Assembly (NCBI GenBank): GCA_963810935.1
Contig: CAWEPK010000007.1
Location: 1-64,000, forward strand
Length of the DNA stretch: 64,000 nt
Reading direction: 5' to 3'
Origin: an uncultured delta proteobacterium
GTDB taxonomy: Bacteria; Desulfobacterota; Syntrophorhabdia; Syntrophorhabdales; WCHB1-27
Part shown: positions 50,036 through 59,023 of the stretch, piece after piece
Layout of the letters: every line of letters begins with the position of its first letter
How positions within the stretch are numbered: the first letter of the stretch is position 1
The notes under the pieces: generated by a model
What the model was told of the DNA's origin: nothing
What the model saw: the letters and a program-made list of their open reading frames with translations, nothing else
Database searches by the model: none
Made by a program: the position numbers and the translations under genes

Positions 50036-50833
50036 ATGGCTGAAAAATTCATCAGGTCCGCCGAAAGAACCCTTCAGATATTGAGCGCTTTCGCTCCCGA
50101 CAGGTTACAGATGGGCCTCACCCAATTATCGGAAGTCCTCGGCCTGTCGAAGGCTACCGTCCTCAGGCTCGCCTCTACGCTGTGCAAGCACGGGTTCCTG
50201 AGCCAGGACCCCGTCACGAAGCATTACTGCCTGGGACTGAAGCTCTTTGAGCTGGGGGGCCTCGTCTATGCCTCCTTCTCATTGCGGACCACCGCTTCTT
50301 CGCACCTGCGCCGCCTCCAGGCGAGGGTCGATAAAACGACATTCCTCGGTATCATGGACGGCGACGATCTGCTTTACATTGACAAGAAAGAGAACCCGAT
50401 GAACGTTATCCGGTTCGCCTCGAACATAGGCTTCCGCCGGCCCCCGCACTTCGGCATGCTCGGCCAGGTGCTCATGGCGCACATATCCGAGGAGAGGGTC
50501 CAGGCGCTCCTGCAAAAGTCCCCGCTCACGGCTTTCACGAAGAAGTCGATCACGTCCGGCCAGGTCTTCAAGGAGACACTGAGGAAGGTAAAGAAACAGG
50601 GATACTCCGTTGATGAAGGGATCGCCATTGAGGGCATCGGCGGCGTTGGGGCGCCGCTGCGCGATTTTACGGGCGCCGTTGTCGCTGCCATCGGCGTAGG
50701 GTTCATGGTCTCTTCCGTCGACAGGAAAGAGTTGAAGCGGTTGATTAAGGAGGTCGTCGAGGCGGCTGCGTCGATCTCCCGGGAGCTGGGATACCCCGGC
50801 CACGGCAGCGGCGAGAGGGGCGCCACGAACTAA
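50036..50833 (+). CDS. IclR family regulator
   Basis: SAERTLQIL..HTH (LSKATVLRL), Y.LG.KLFELG, GQVLMA, GVGAPL. Confidence 0.92.
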   Translation: MAEKFIRSAERTLQILSAFAPDRLQMGLTQLSEVLGLSKATVLRLASTLCKHGFLSQDPVTKHYCLGLKLFELGGLVYASFSLRTTASSHLRRLQARVDKTTFLGIMDGDDLLYIDKKENPMNVIRFASNIGFRRPPHFGMLGQVLMAHISEERVQALLQKSPLTAFTKKSITSGQVFKETLRKVKKQGYSVDEGIAIEGIGGVGAPLRDFTGAVVAAIGVGFMVSSVDRKELKRLIKEVVEAAASISRELGYPGHGSGERGATN

Positions 50834-51094
50834 AGGCACAGGGCGCAGCGAATGATTTCGTAAAAGACTGCAACGACATCCAACTGATCCAATCGCGGGA
50901 GGAGAAGATCGTCTAAAATTTATGTTGACAAGAATTCCGGTTTCATTATATGAACTAACGGTGCATGTAATGCACCGGCCTTTTGTGCATTGCGCAGTTG
51001 ATAAGAAACAAGCCGCTTGATAACGGGCGACCTTGCCGCCGGGTTGTGGATACCCGGACCCGCGAGGAGCGAACGCCTGCCGAAGGGGGACTTT

Positions 51095-51577
51095 ATGAAG
51101 CGATTTTTCGGGGCTGTTGTGAGGGTCAACTCGTGGATGCAGGCCGTGGCCGCAATCGCGCTCACCCTGATAATCTTCCTGACCACGGTCGATGTCCTGG
51201 CCAGGATCGTCGGAAGGCCGATACCGGGCGCCGTCGAGATCATCGCGATCCTCGGCGGAGTGGTGGCCGGGTTTACCGCGCCCGTCACCTCCTGGATGAA
51301 AGGCCACATCCAGGTCGATTTCCTTCTCAATGCCCTTCCGAAATGGGCAAGCAACCTCGTCGAGACGGCAACGCGCTGCGTGGCGATCTTCCTCTGCCTG
51401 CTGATCGCCTGGAACTCTCTTAAGATAGGTGCGGACTTTTTTGACAAGGGAGAGGTATCGGGCACCCTCCTTATACCGCTCTTCCCCGTCTGCTACGGCC
51501 TTGCGGCGTGCTTTCTCATGCTGTCGATTGTACTGGCATGCGATATCATGAAAATTTTCGGAGGAAGCGATGAGTGA
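51095..51577 (+). CDS. dctQ: TRAP transporter small permease
   Basis: 4 TM segments; DV.AR...PIPG..E, HIQVD. Confidence 0.88.
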   Translation: MKRFFGAVVRVNSWMQAVAAIALTLIIFLTTVDVLARIVGRPIPGAVEIIAILGGVVAGFTAPVTSWMKGHIQVDFLLNALPKWASNLVETATRCVAIFLCLLIAWNSLKIGADFFDKGEVSGTLLIPLFPVCYGLAACFLMLSIVLACDIMKIFGGSDE

Positions 51578-52872
51578 GGTTACGGTAGGCTGCATAGGTC
51601 TGGCGCTTTTGCTTCTCCTCTTCTTTACGGGCCTCGAACTTCCCTTTTGCATGATGTTGGTCGGCTTCGCCGGCTTCACGTACCTCGTCAACTTCAGGGC
51701 GGCCACCCACATGATGGCGAAGGACGTTTACGATATTTTCGTCTCATACGGATACACGGTGTTCCCGCTCTTTATCTTCATGGGGCAGATCGCCTTCGCT
51801 TCGGGAATGGCGAAGAAACTTTATGACAGCGCCTACCGCTTCCTTGGGCACATCCCCGGCGGCCTCGCGGTCGCTACGGTCGGGGGCGCCACGGCGTTCA
51901 AGGCCCTGTGCGGCTCGGCGGTCGCCACGGCGGCCACCTTCAGCAACCTGGCCATCCCGGAGATGGAGCGGTACGGTTACAGCCGCACCCTCTCTACGGG
52001 CCTCGTCGCCATAGTGGGAACCCTGGGCTGCCTCATGCCTCCCACGATCTTCCTCATCATTTACGGTCTCATTACCGAGCAGTCGATAGGCATGCTGTTT
52101 TTGGCGGGCATCATTCCCGGCCTGGGGATCGCCTGCCTCTTCGTCCTGACAATTTATCTGTGGGCCCGGATCAACCCGGCGCTGGCGCCGGCAGGCCAGA
52201 GATCGACCTGGAAGCAAAGGTTCGCTTCGCTTCCCGAAGTCGCCATCGTTCTGATAGTCTTCGCTCTCATGATAGTGGGCCTCCTGAAAGGCTTCTTCAC
52301 CCCCACCGAGGCGGGCAGCGTCGGTACGATGGTCGTGCTGATAATGGTCGTCGTAAGGAGGCAGGCTCGGCTTCAAGGGCTACGTAAAGGCGATAGGAGA
52401 GGCGATGCGGACGGCCTTCATGATCCTGATGCTGATGGCCGGCTCCGCGATCCTCGGCCACTTCATAACCATCACGAATATCCCGCAGATCATGGCCGAC
52501 TGGTCCTCGAACCTGCCCCTCAACAGGAACCTGATACTGATCCTCATCTGTTTTATCTACTTAATCGGCGGCTCGTTCATCGACGATCTGGCTTTCATGG
52601 TCCTCGCGACGCCCATTTTCTTCCCTGTGGTGACCAAACTCGGCTTCGATCCGATATGGTTCGGCATCATGGTCGCCGTCACCGTCATGATAGGCATCGT
52701 CATCCCGCCCGTAGCGGCGAACGTCTTTATTGTCCACAAGCTTACAAACACCCCTATGCTCACCGTTTACAAAGGGGTGGTGCCGTTCCTTACGGGCATA
52801 GTCGTTTTTGCGGCGCTTCTTTTCATATTTCCCCAGCTTGCCCTTTTTCTCCCCAATTACCTGATGAAATAG
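51570..52872 (+). CDS. dctM: TRAP transporter large permease; apparent +1 indel at ~52365
   Basis: PLFIFMG, PGGLA, GS.VATAA, PEM..YGY, FTPTEA, GFDPIWFG, PPV..NVF. Confidence 0.88.
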
Positions 52873-52930
52873 AGGGCAAGGCACAGGTGAGTGAGGCCTG
52901 ACGGCCAACTATAACTGCAAGGAGGAGTAA

Positions 52931-54007
52931 ATGGGAAGAAAATTGATGTTATTCGTGATGCTCGCTGTAATGTTCGGTGTTGTAGCCGGCACGCCCGGCC
53001 ATGCGCAAGCTCAGGCCACGATCAAGATGAAGTTCAGCAACCCGCATCCCATGACCTTCTCCTCCGCGCCCGTCATGCTCGCCTTCTGCCAGGAGATAAA
53101 GAAGCGGACGAACGGGAGGGTCGAGATCACCCATTACGCGGGCGGCGTCCTTACCACCTTCCCCAAGGCATATGACGGGATCGTCAACCAGGTTTCCGAC
53201 ATCGGCCAGAGCCACGTCGGCTACACGCGCGGCCGCTTCCCTGTGACGGAGATCCTCGACCTGCCCGTCGGCTATTCAAGCGGGTTCGTCGCGAGCCACG
53301 TCAAGTGGGACTTCTACAAAAAGTACAAGCCGAAGGAATGGAACGACGTCCATGTCCTCTATATGTGGTCGGTCGGCCCGCAGATCTTCGCAACGACCAA
53401 GAAGCCCCTCCATAAATTCGAGGACCTGAAAGGCCTTAAGATCAGGGGCACGGGGCGGCCCGCGGATACGATCAAGGCCCTTGGAGCGGTGCCTGTAGCC
53501 CTGGAGATGGGCGACGTCTATGACTCCGCGCAGAGGGGGCTACTCGACGGCATGTACGACGCGATGGAGACCTGGAAGGGCTTCCGCCTCGGCGACGTCA
53601 TGAAGTACGGCTACCTCACGCAGCAGGGCACGGGCTCGATATATACCTTTTACGTAGCAATGAACAAGGAGCGCTGGAACGCGCTACCCCCGGATATAAA
53701 AAAGATTTTCGACGAAACCTCGGAGGAGTGGGTTGACAGGCATGCGACCACTACCCTTGAGGCGGACTTCGCCGGTCTGAGTTACCTCAAGCAGCGTGGC
53801 GGCCAGATGCTGCCGATAGCCGATTCGGAGATCGCCAAAATGAAGAAGGCCGTCGAGCCGGTCATAGATGGCTACGTGAAGGACATGGAACGTAAAGGCT
53901 ACAAGAAAGCGGAGATGGAAGACCAGTTGAATTTCATCCGCGAGCGCATAGCCTATTGGTCAAAGCAGGAGAAGGACAGGAAGTTAAAGACCCCTTACGT
54001 GCAGTAA
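52931..54007 (+). CDS. dctP: TRAP substrate-binding protein
   Basis: Signal peptide; TNGRV, DLKGLKIR (conserved Arg), LGAVPV, MNKERWNALP. Confidence 0.92.
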   Translation: MGRKLMLFVMLAVMFGVVAGTPGHAQAQATIKMKFSNPHPMTFSSAPVMLAFCQEIKKRTNGRVEITHYAGGVLTTFPKAYDGIVNQVSDIGQSHVGYTRGRFPVTEILDLPVGYSSGFVASHVKWDFYKKYKPKEWNDVHVLYMWSVGPQIFATTKKPLHKFEDLKGLKIRGTGRPADTIKALGAVPVALEMGDVYDSAQRGLLDGMYDAMETWKGFRLGDVMKYGYLTQQGTGSIYTFYVAMNKERWNALPPDIKKIFDETSEEWVDRHATTTLEADFAGLSYLKQRGGQMLPIADSEIAKMKKAVEPVIDGYVKDMERKGYKKAEMEDQLNFIRERIAYWSKQEKDRKLKTPYVQ

Positions 54008-54013
54008 GGTAAT

Positions 54014-54039
54014 GATCGGGCCCCGGAAGGGGCCCGATC
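54014..54039. terminator. Hairpin between convergent genes
   Basis: GATCGGGCCCC-GGAA-GGGGCCCGATC, a perfect 11-bp stem. Confidence 0.7.
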
Positions 54040-54050
54040 CCGGTATAGTC

Positions 54051-55013
54051 TTATTTGCGCGCGATCAGGCCCAACAGGTTCCCGCTCGCGATCATTTCCT
54101 TCTCGGCCTGCGGTAGGTCCACCTGTTGCAGCGTCCGCAGGCTCCCCTCCATCCACTCCACGCCCTGCCTCGGGCCAAAGGGGTAGTCGGTGGCAAAGAC
54201 GATCTGCTTCGGGCCGAAGAATTTGTAGCCGCATTCGAGGGCGTGGAGCGAACCGTTCAGCACCATGTCGCCGTAAAACCTCTTGAAGTAGACAAGGGGG
54301 TCGTCCGGTGTGAATTTGAAATTGGACCGGGGGAACATCGACCGTGCGTCATAGAACCCTTTGATACGCTCGGAGAAATGGGGCAGCATCCCGCCCATAT
54401 GGTGCGTGATGATCCGGAGGTCGGGGTAATCGTGCATTATGCCGGAAAAAACGAGCCTGGTCAGAGCGACGCTCGTCTCGTAAATCCAGCCATAGGTCTT
54501 GTCTATGACGAACTCGTTGGTATCGCCCTGTACCTGTGGATGGAGCCAGACGGGTGTCTTCGTATCGTTCATCCTGGCCCAGAAAGGCCTGAACTCCGGA
54601 GAGTCCAACGGCTTGCCGTTGATATTGCTGACTACCTGGATGCCGGCCATGCCTAGCTTGTTGATGCAGCGGTCGACCTCCGGCAGGCACTTCTCGGTCG
54701 GCAGCGCGATGTGGCCGATGGGATAGAACCGTCCCGGATACGCGGCTGCCTCCTCCGCCACCGCGTCGTTCGCCAATATATTCAGCCGCTCCGCCTCGTC
54801 ATCCGGCATCTTCATCCATATGCTCGGCCGGGCGATACAAAGTACTTGCTTGTCGATCTTGTGCTCGTCCAGGTCCTTAATCTTCTTCTTCATGTCGCCT
54901 AGATAGGCCAGGGCCAGCGACTCCTTCGACTCCAGGGTAGGATACGTCTTGAGCAGCTCCTCCAGGAACCTGCGGGGCATAATGTGTCCGAATCCGTCGA
55001 TGATCATTCCCAT
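54051..55013 (-). CDS. Amidohydrolase_2 family protein (ACMSD/LigW-like decarboxylase or hydratase)
   Basis: AND..A, WLHP, GW.YETS, HHMGG, FATDYPF, GN...L. Confidence 0.9.
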   Translation of the reverse strand: MGMIIDGFGHIMPRRFLEELLKTYPTLESKESLALAYLGDMKKKIKDLDEHKIDKQVLCIARPSIWMKMPDDEAERLNILANDAVAEEAAAYPGRFYPIGHIALPTEKCLPEVDRCINKLGMAGIQVVSNINGKPLDSPEFRPFWARMNDTKTPVWLHPQVQGDTNEFVIDKTYGWIYETSVALTRLVFSGIMHDYPDLRIITHHMGGMLPHFSERIKGFYDARSMFPRSNFKFTPDDPLVYFKRFYGDMVLNGSLHALECGYKFFGPKQIVFATDYPFGPRQGVEWMEGSLRTLQQVDLPQAEKEMIASGNLLGLIARK

Positions 55014-55446
55014 GTTGTCCTCCCGTCGTTTAGTTGGTCACAGTCCTCAAACCGTGCCTTGTGATTCTGCATAGATGAGAAAACCCGCCCCGGCCGCTGC
55101 TATAGCCTTTCCCGCAAAATCCCGAATCGGGACCGGCACGCCGGTGACGCCGTCTATGGCTATGCCGTCAGCGATCAGGGACCCTCCCTGCCGTATCCTT
55201 ATGGAGCCTTCTCCGGCCTGCCCCCAATCATTGTACCACTCTCAGAGTCAGACTTCCTCCCATTTGACCGCTAATTCCTGAATTCTCGTGTTATAATTGA
55301 CTGCACGAAGCTCCGGAAGTGGAAGGACAAGCTCCCGCTACCGGACAAACCGGACTCGGCGTACAAGGAAGGAAGCAGGAAGAATTGGCCATCCGTTCGA
55401 GTTTTAAGGCAAGCAAGGAAAAAAACATTTGGTTACGGAGGTCCCT

Positions 55447-56454
55447 ATGAAGATAGACATTTTCAACCACATCTTCCCCAAGCCTTTTTTCGAGAAGATG
55501 GTCAAGACAGCGCCCAAGGGAAAGGATATGCACAAGCGGGTGAGGGAAGTCCCCTCGATAGTCGATCTGGACGACCGCTTCCGCCGCATGGACGAGTTCG
55601 GCCCGGATTACAGGCAGGTCATCTGTATCGCCTCCCCGCCTATCGAGGTGTTCGGTCCTCCCCCGGTCTCTACGGACATGGCAAAGCTGGCCAATGACGG
55701 CATGGCGGAGCTGGTCGCCAAGCACCCCGACCGCTTCCTCGGCTTTGTCGCATCACTGCCCATGAACGACCCGGAAGGCCTTCTGAAAGAGGCAAGGCGG
55801 GCCGTGACCGAGCTTGGCGCCGTGGGCGTCCAGATATTCACGAACGTCCTCGGCCGGCCGCTGGACAAGCCCGAGACGATGCCGCTGTTCGACCTCATGG
55901 TGGAGCTCGACAGGCCCATATGGATGCACCCTGCCAGGGGGGCGGACGTCCCAGACTACAAAAGCGAGCCGAAGAGCCACTACGAGATCTGGTGGACCTT
56001 AGGCTGGCCTTACGAGACGAGCGTAGCCATGGCCCACCTTGTCTTTTCGGGCCTTTTCGACCGCCTGCCTGCGGTCAAGATCATAACCCACCACCTCGGA
56101 GGCATGATCCCGTACTTCGAGGGAAGGGTCGGCCCCGGATGGGACCAGCTAGGCACGAGGACATCCGACGAGGACTATTTCGCACTGCTGAAGCAGCTCA
56201 AGAAACGGCCGCTCGATTACTTCCACATGTTCTACGCGGACAGCGCGGTCTTCGGCTCTATGGCCGCAACCATCTGCGGCCTTGAGTTCTTCGGGGCAGA
56301 CCACGTGCTCTTCGCCTCGGACTCCCCCTTCGATCCGGAAAAGGGCTCGGCCTACATAAGGTGGACAATCGATATCATAGATAAGCTGCCCATCAGCGAC
56401 AAGGAGCGCTACGCGATCTATGAAGGGAATGCACGGAAGCTGCTGAAAATATAG
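55447..56454 (+). CDS. Amidohydrolase_2 family protein
   Basis: IDIFNH, ANDGMA, WMHP, GWPYETS, HHLGG, FASDSPF, GNARKLL. Confidence 0.9.
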   Translation: MKIDIFNHIFPKPFFEKMVKTAPKGKDMHKRVREVPSIVDLDDRFRRMDEFGPDYRQVICIASPPIEVFGPPPVSTDMAKLANDGMAELVAKHPDRFLGFVASLPMNDPEGLLKEARRAVTELGAVGVQIFTNVLGRPLDKPETMPLFDLMVELDRPIWMHPARGADVPDYKSEPKSHYEIWWTLGWPYETSVAMAHLVFSGLFDRLPAVKIITHHLGGMIPYFEGRVGPGWDQLGTRTSDEDYFALLKQLKKRPLDYFHMFYADSAVFGSMAATICGLEFFGADHVLFASDSPFDPEKGSAYIRWTIDIIDKLPISDKERYAIYEGNARKLLKI

Positions 56455-56524
56455 CAGGACCGTACCGGCCTGAACGGGATAACCCTTACCACACGATCTC
56501 AGGTTCGGTCAGTCCGTCAAGAAA

Positions 56525-56683
56525 ACGGACGCGCACCTGACCTTCCTTACGGCTTCCGTGCCCGTGATGGAAGGGCTAGACCTGTCGGAAGCAGAGGCGG
56601 GCCTGTACGAGTGCGTCTGCCTGCCCCTGCGGCTGGAAGGTGCGGAGGCTGCTCCGGCGATGGTGATCGTGCGGGCAAAGTAG
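56525..56683 (+). pseudogene. Diverged duplicate of the cyclase gene 3' end (direct repeat of 42857-43015)
   Basis: Ungapped 159-bp match, reading TDAHLTFLTASVPVMEGLDLSEAEAGLYECVCLPLRLEGAEAAPAMVIVRAK*. Confidence 0.9.
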
Positions 56684-56762
56684 GGGCCGGGATTCCTCCC
56701 CCGCGATGAATGTTAACATTCGCAAGTGCGATCAAAGAAGCAAAAGGGGAGGTGCCTTGATA

Positions 56763-57569
56763 ATGAAAGGTTTCGAGGTCTTCAAACTTGTAGGGACTTG
56801 CCTGTTTCTGACCGCGTCTATCGCAAATGTCTGTGACGCACAGATCAGGGAAAGAGTTGTGGATATTGCCACGCGGCCCGGCGTCGTACAGCGTTTCGTC
56901 TATCTCGCGCCCGCTCAGCCAAAAGCATCCGTGGTGCTTTTTGCCGGCGGTAATGGCGGCCTGCAGATCTCCGGGGAGGGTTCGTTCGCCTGGGGCAAGG
57001 GCGGCAACTTCCTGGTCCGCTCACGCCGGTTATTCGCCGATCAAAACTTCGCTGTGGCTGTTGTGGATGCACCGTCGGACCGAAAGCGGCCTTCATACCT
57101 GGATGGTTTTCGCCAGATCCCCGAACATGCGCTTGATATCAGAGCGGTTATCGCGTGGCTGCGCAAACAGTCCGGTGCGCCGGTGTGGCTGATCGGAACG
57201 AGCAGGGGGACGGAATCGGTTGCATCCATAGCGACGAAGGTTACCGGCCCGGAAGGCCCTGATGGGATCGTTCTTACTTCCACAATACTGTCGGACGGCG
57301 GAGGGAGGGCTGTGCCGGATATGGACTTGAGCTTACTTAAGGTCCCTATCCTCGTAGTGCACCATGAACAGGACGGGTGCTATCTCTGTATGCCGCGTGA
57401 ACTCCCGCGCCTTATGGATAAACTCGGCTCGTCTCCGAGAAAGAAGCTCATTACATTCAAAGGCGGCTTGGATCACGGTGATGCGTGCCAGGCCTTTGCT
57501 CATCATGGGTTCAACGGGATAGAGAAGGAAGTAGTAACTCAGATAGCGCAGTGGATACTCTCGGAATAA
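56763..57569 (+). CDS. Exported alpha/beta hydrolase
   Basis: GGAGG RBS; signal peptide; LFAGG, GNFLVR, IGTSRG elbow, HHGF.G.E. Confidence 0.85.
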   Translation: MKGFEVFKLVGTCLFLTASIANVCDAQIRERVVDIATRPGVVQRFVYLAPAQPKASVVLFAGGNGGLQISGEGSFAWGKGGNFLVRSRRLFADQNFAVAVVDAPSDRKRPSYLDGFRQIPEHALDIRAVIAWLRKQSGAPVWLIGTSRGTESVASIATKVTGPEGPDGIVLTSTILSDGGGRAVPDMDLSLLKVPILVVHHEQDGCYLCMPRELPRLMDKLGSSPRKKLITFKGGLDHGDACQAFAHHGFNGIEKEVVTQIAQWILSE

Positions 57570-57570
57570 C

Positions 57571-59019
57571 CTACCGTCCCTGCGCTGCCCCCGCGCCCGT
57601 TGTGCCTGTGCCGGCGTCCGCCTTCGCTACCCATCCTCCACCCATCGCCTTGTAGACATTGATCAGGCTGATGAAGCCGCCGGCGCGTGTTTGTATCGCG
57701 GACAGCTCGGCGGGGAATAACTGTGCTTCGGCATACAACACCGTCAGGTACGGGACATAGCCGCCGTTGTATTGGAGGTTCGCCAGGCGGTCATACTCTT
57801 TGTACGCTGCTACGCGCCGCAGCTCGGCTGTTAGCTGCTCTTCCAGCTTTGTGCGGGCGACCAGCGCGTTATCCACGTCTGCGAAGGCATTTTGGATGGT
57901 CTGGCGGTATGACAGCACGGCCGCGTCGCGCCCGGCCTCGGCCTGTTTTACCTGGCCCGTGATCGCGCCGCCAGTGAAGATAGGCCCCGTTACCGAGCCG
58001 CCGTAACTCCATATCCGGCTCGGCCCGTTCCACAGGTTGGAAAGCTCGGAGCTTGACCGGCCGTAGGCCCCGGTCAGGGAGATGCTCGGGTAGTAGAGCG
58101 CTCTGGCCGCGCCGATTTGCGCATTTGCCGAGACGAGGACGGCCTCAGCCTGCCGTATGTCGGGACGCCGCGCGAGCAGGTCGGACGGCAGGCCGGCGGG
58201 GGTTACGGGCATCTTTAATTCATGGATCGGGAGGCCGCGTGCTATGGGGCCGGGGTTGCGCCCTAACAAGAGACAGATGCCGTTTTCCGTCTGGGCGATC
58301 TGTATCTCTATCTGCGGGATCGTCACCGCCGCAGTCTCGTATTGCGTGCGCGCCTGCTCCACCGTCATGCGGCTGACCTGCCCGTACCTGTTTTGCAGCT
58401 CGAAGAGTTTTACCGATTTCGCGTACGTCTCAAGCGTCTGCATAGAGACGGCAAGCTGCGCGTCGAGGCTGCGCAGTTGTATATAGGACGAGGCCGTCTC
58501 CGCGACTATCGACAGGATGATGCCGCGCCGCGCCTCCACGGACGCGAGCAGGTTCGCCCTTGCGGCCTCCGTGAGCCTCCTGACGCGGCCCCAGAGGTCG
58601 ATCTCCCAGCTTACCCCGCCGAAAGCCTGGAAGCTGTTGAACGGGTTCTGCATCATCGGAGAGAACGTGGCGTCGTTCTGCGACATCCTCTGGCGCGCCG
58701 CCCCGCCGCCGTATGCGGCCTGCGGGAAGAGGGCGGCGCGGGTGCTCATCAGAAAACCGGCCGCCTGCTCGACGTTCGCAGCCGCGATCTTTACGTTCCT
58801 GTTGTTGGCGAGGCTTTCCGCGACCAGGGCGTCGAGCACGGGGTCGCCGAACTGCGCCCACCAGACCGCGTCGGAGGCGCCCGGCGCGCCGCCGCCGTCG
58901 AACCGGAACGCCTCCGGCATATCGACGGTGGGCCGCACGTAATCGGGACCGACCATGCATCCGGCAAGGCCGATGGTGCAAACCGCAACGAGTGCCGTGA
59001 TGAAGGCTGTCCTGCGCAT
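57571..59019 (-). CDS. RND outer-membrane efflux lipoprotein (NodT/OprM family)
   Basis: LAGC lipobox, VGPDY.RP, WW..F.DP.L, WEIDLWGR, RRPDI, YKAMGGGW. Confidence 0.93.
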   Translation of the reverse strand: MRRTAFITALVAVCTIGLAGCMVGPDYVRPTVDMPEAFRFDGGGAPGASDAVWWAQFGDPVLDALVAESLANNRNVKIAAANVEQAAGFLMSTRAALFPQAAYGGGAARQRMSQNDATFSPMMQNPFNSFQAFGGVSWEIDLWGRVRRLTEAARANLLASVEARRGIILSIVAETASSYIQLRSLDAQLAVSMQTLETYAKSVKLFELQNRYGQVSRMTVEQARTQYETAAVTIPQIEIQIAQTENGICLLLGRNPGPIARGLPIHELKMPVTPAGLPSDLLARRPDIRQAEAVLVSANAQIGAARALYYPSISLTGAYGRSSSELSNLWNGPSRIWSYGGSVTGPIFTGGAITGQVKQAEAGRDAAVLSYRQTIQNAFADVDNALVARTKLEEQLTAELRRVAAYKEYDRLANLQYNGGYVPYLTVLYAEAQLFPAELSAIQTRAGGFISLINVYKAMGGGWVAKADAGTGTTGAGAAQGR

Positions 59020-59023
59020 ATGC

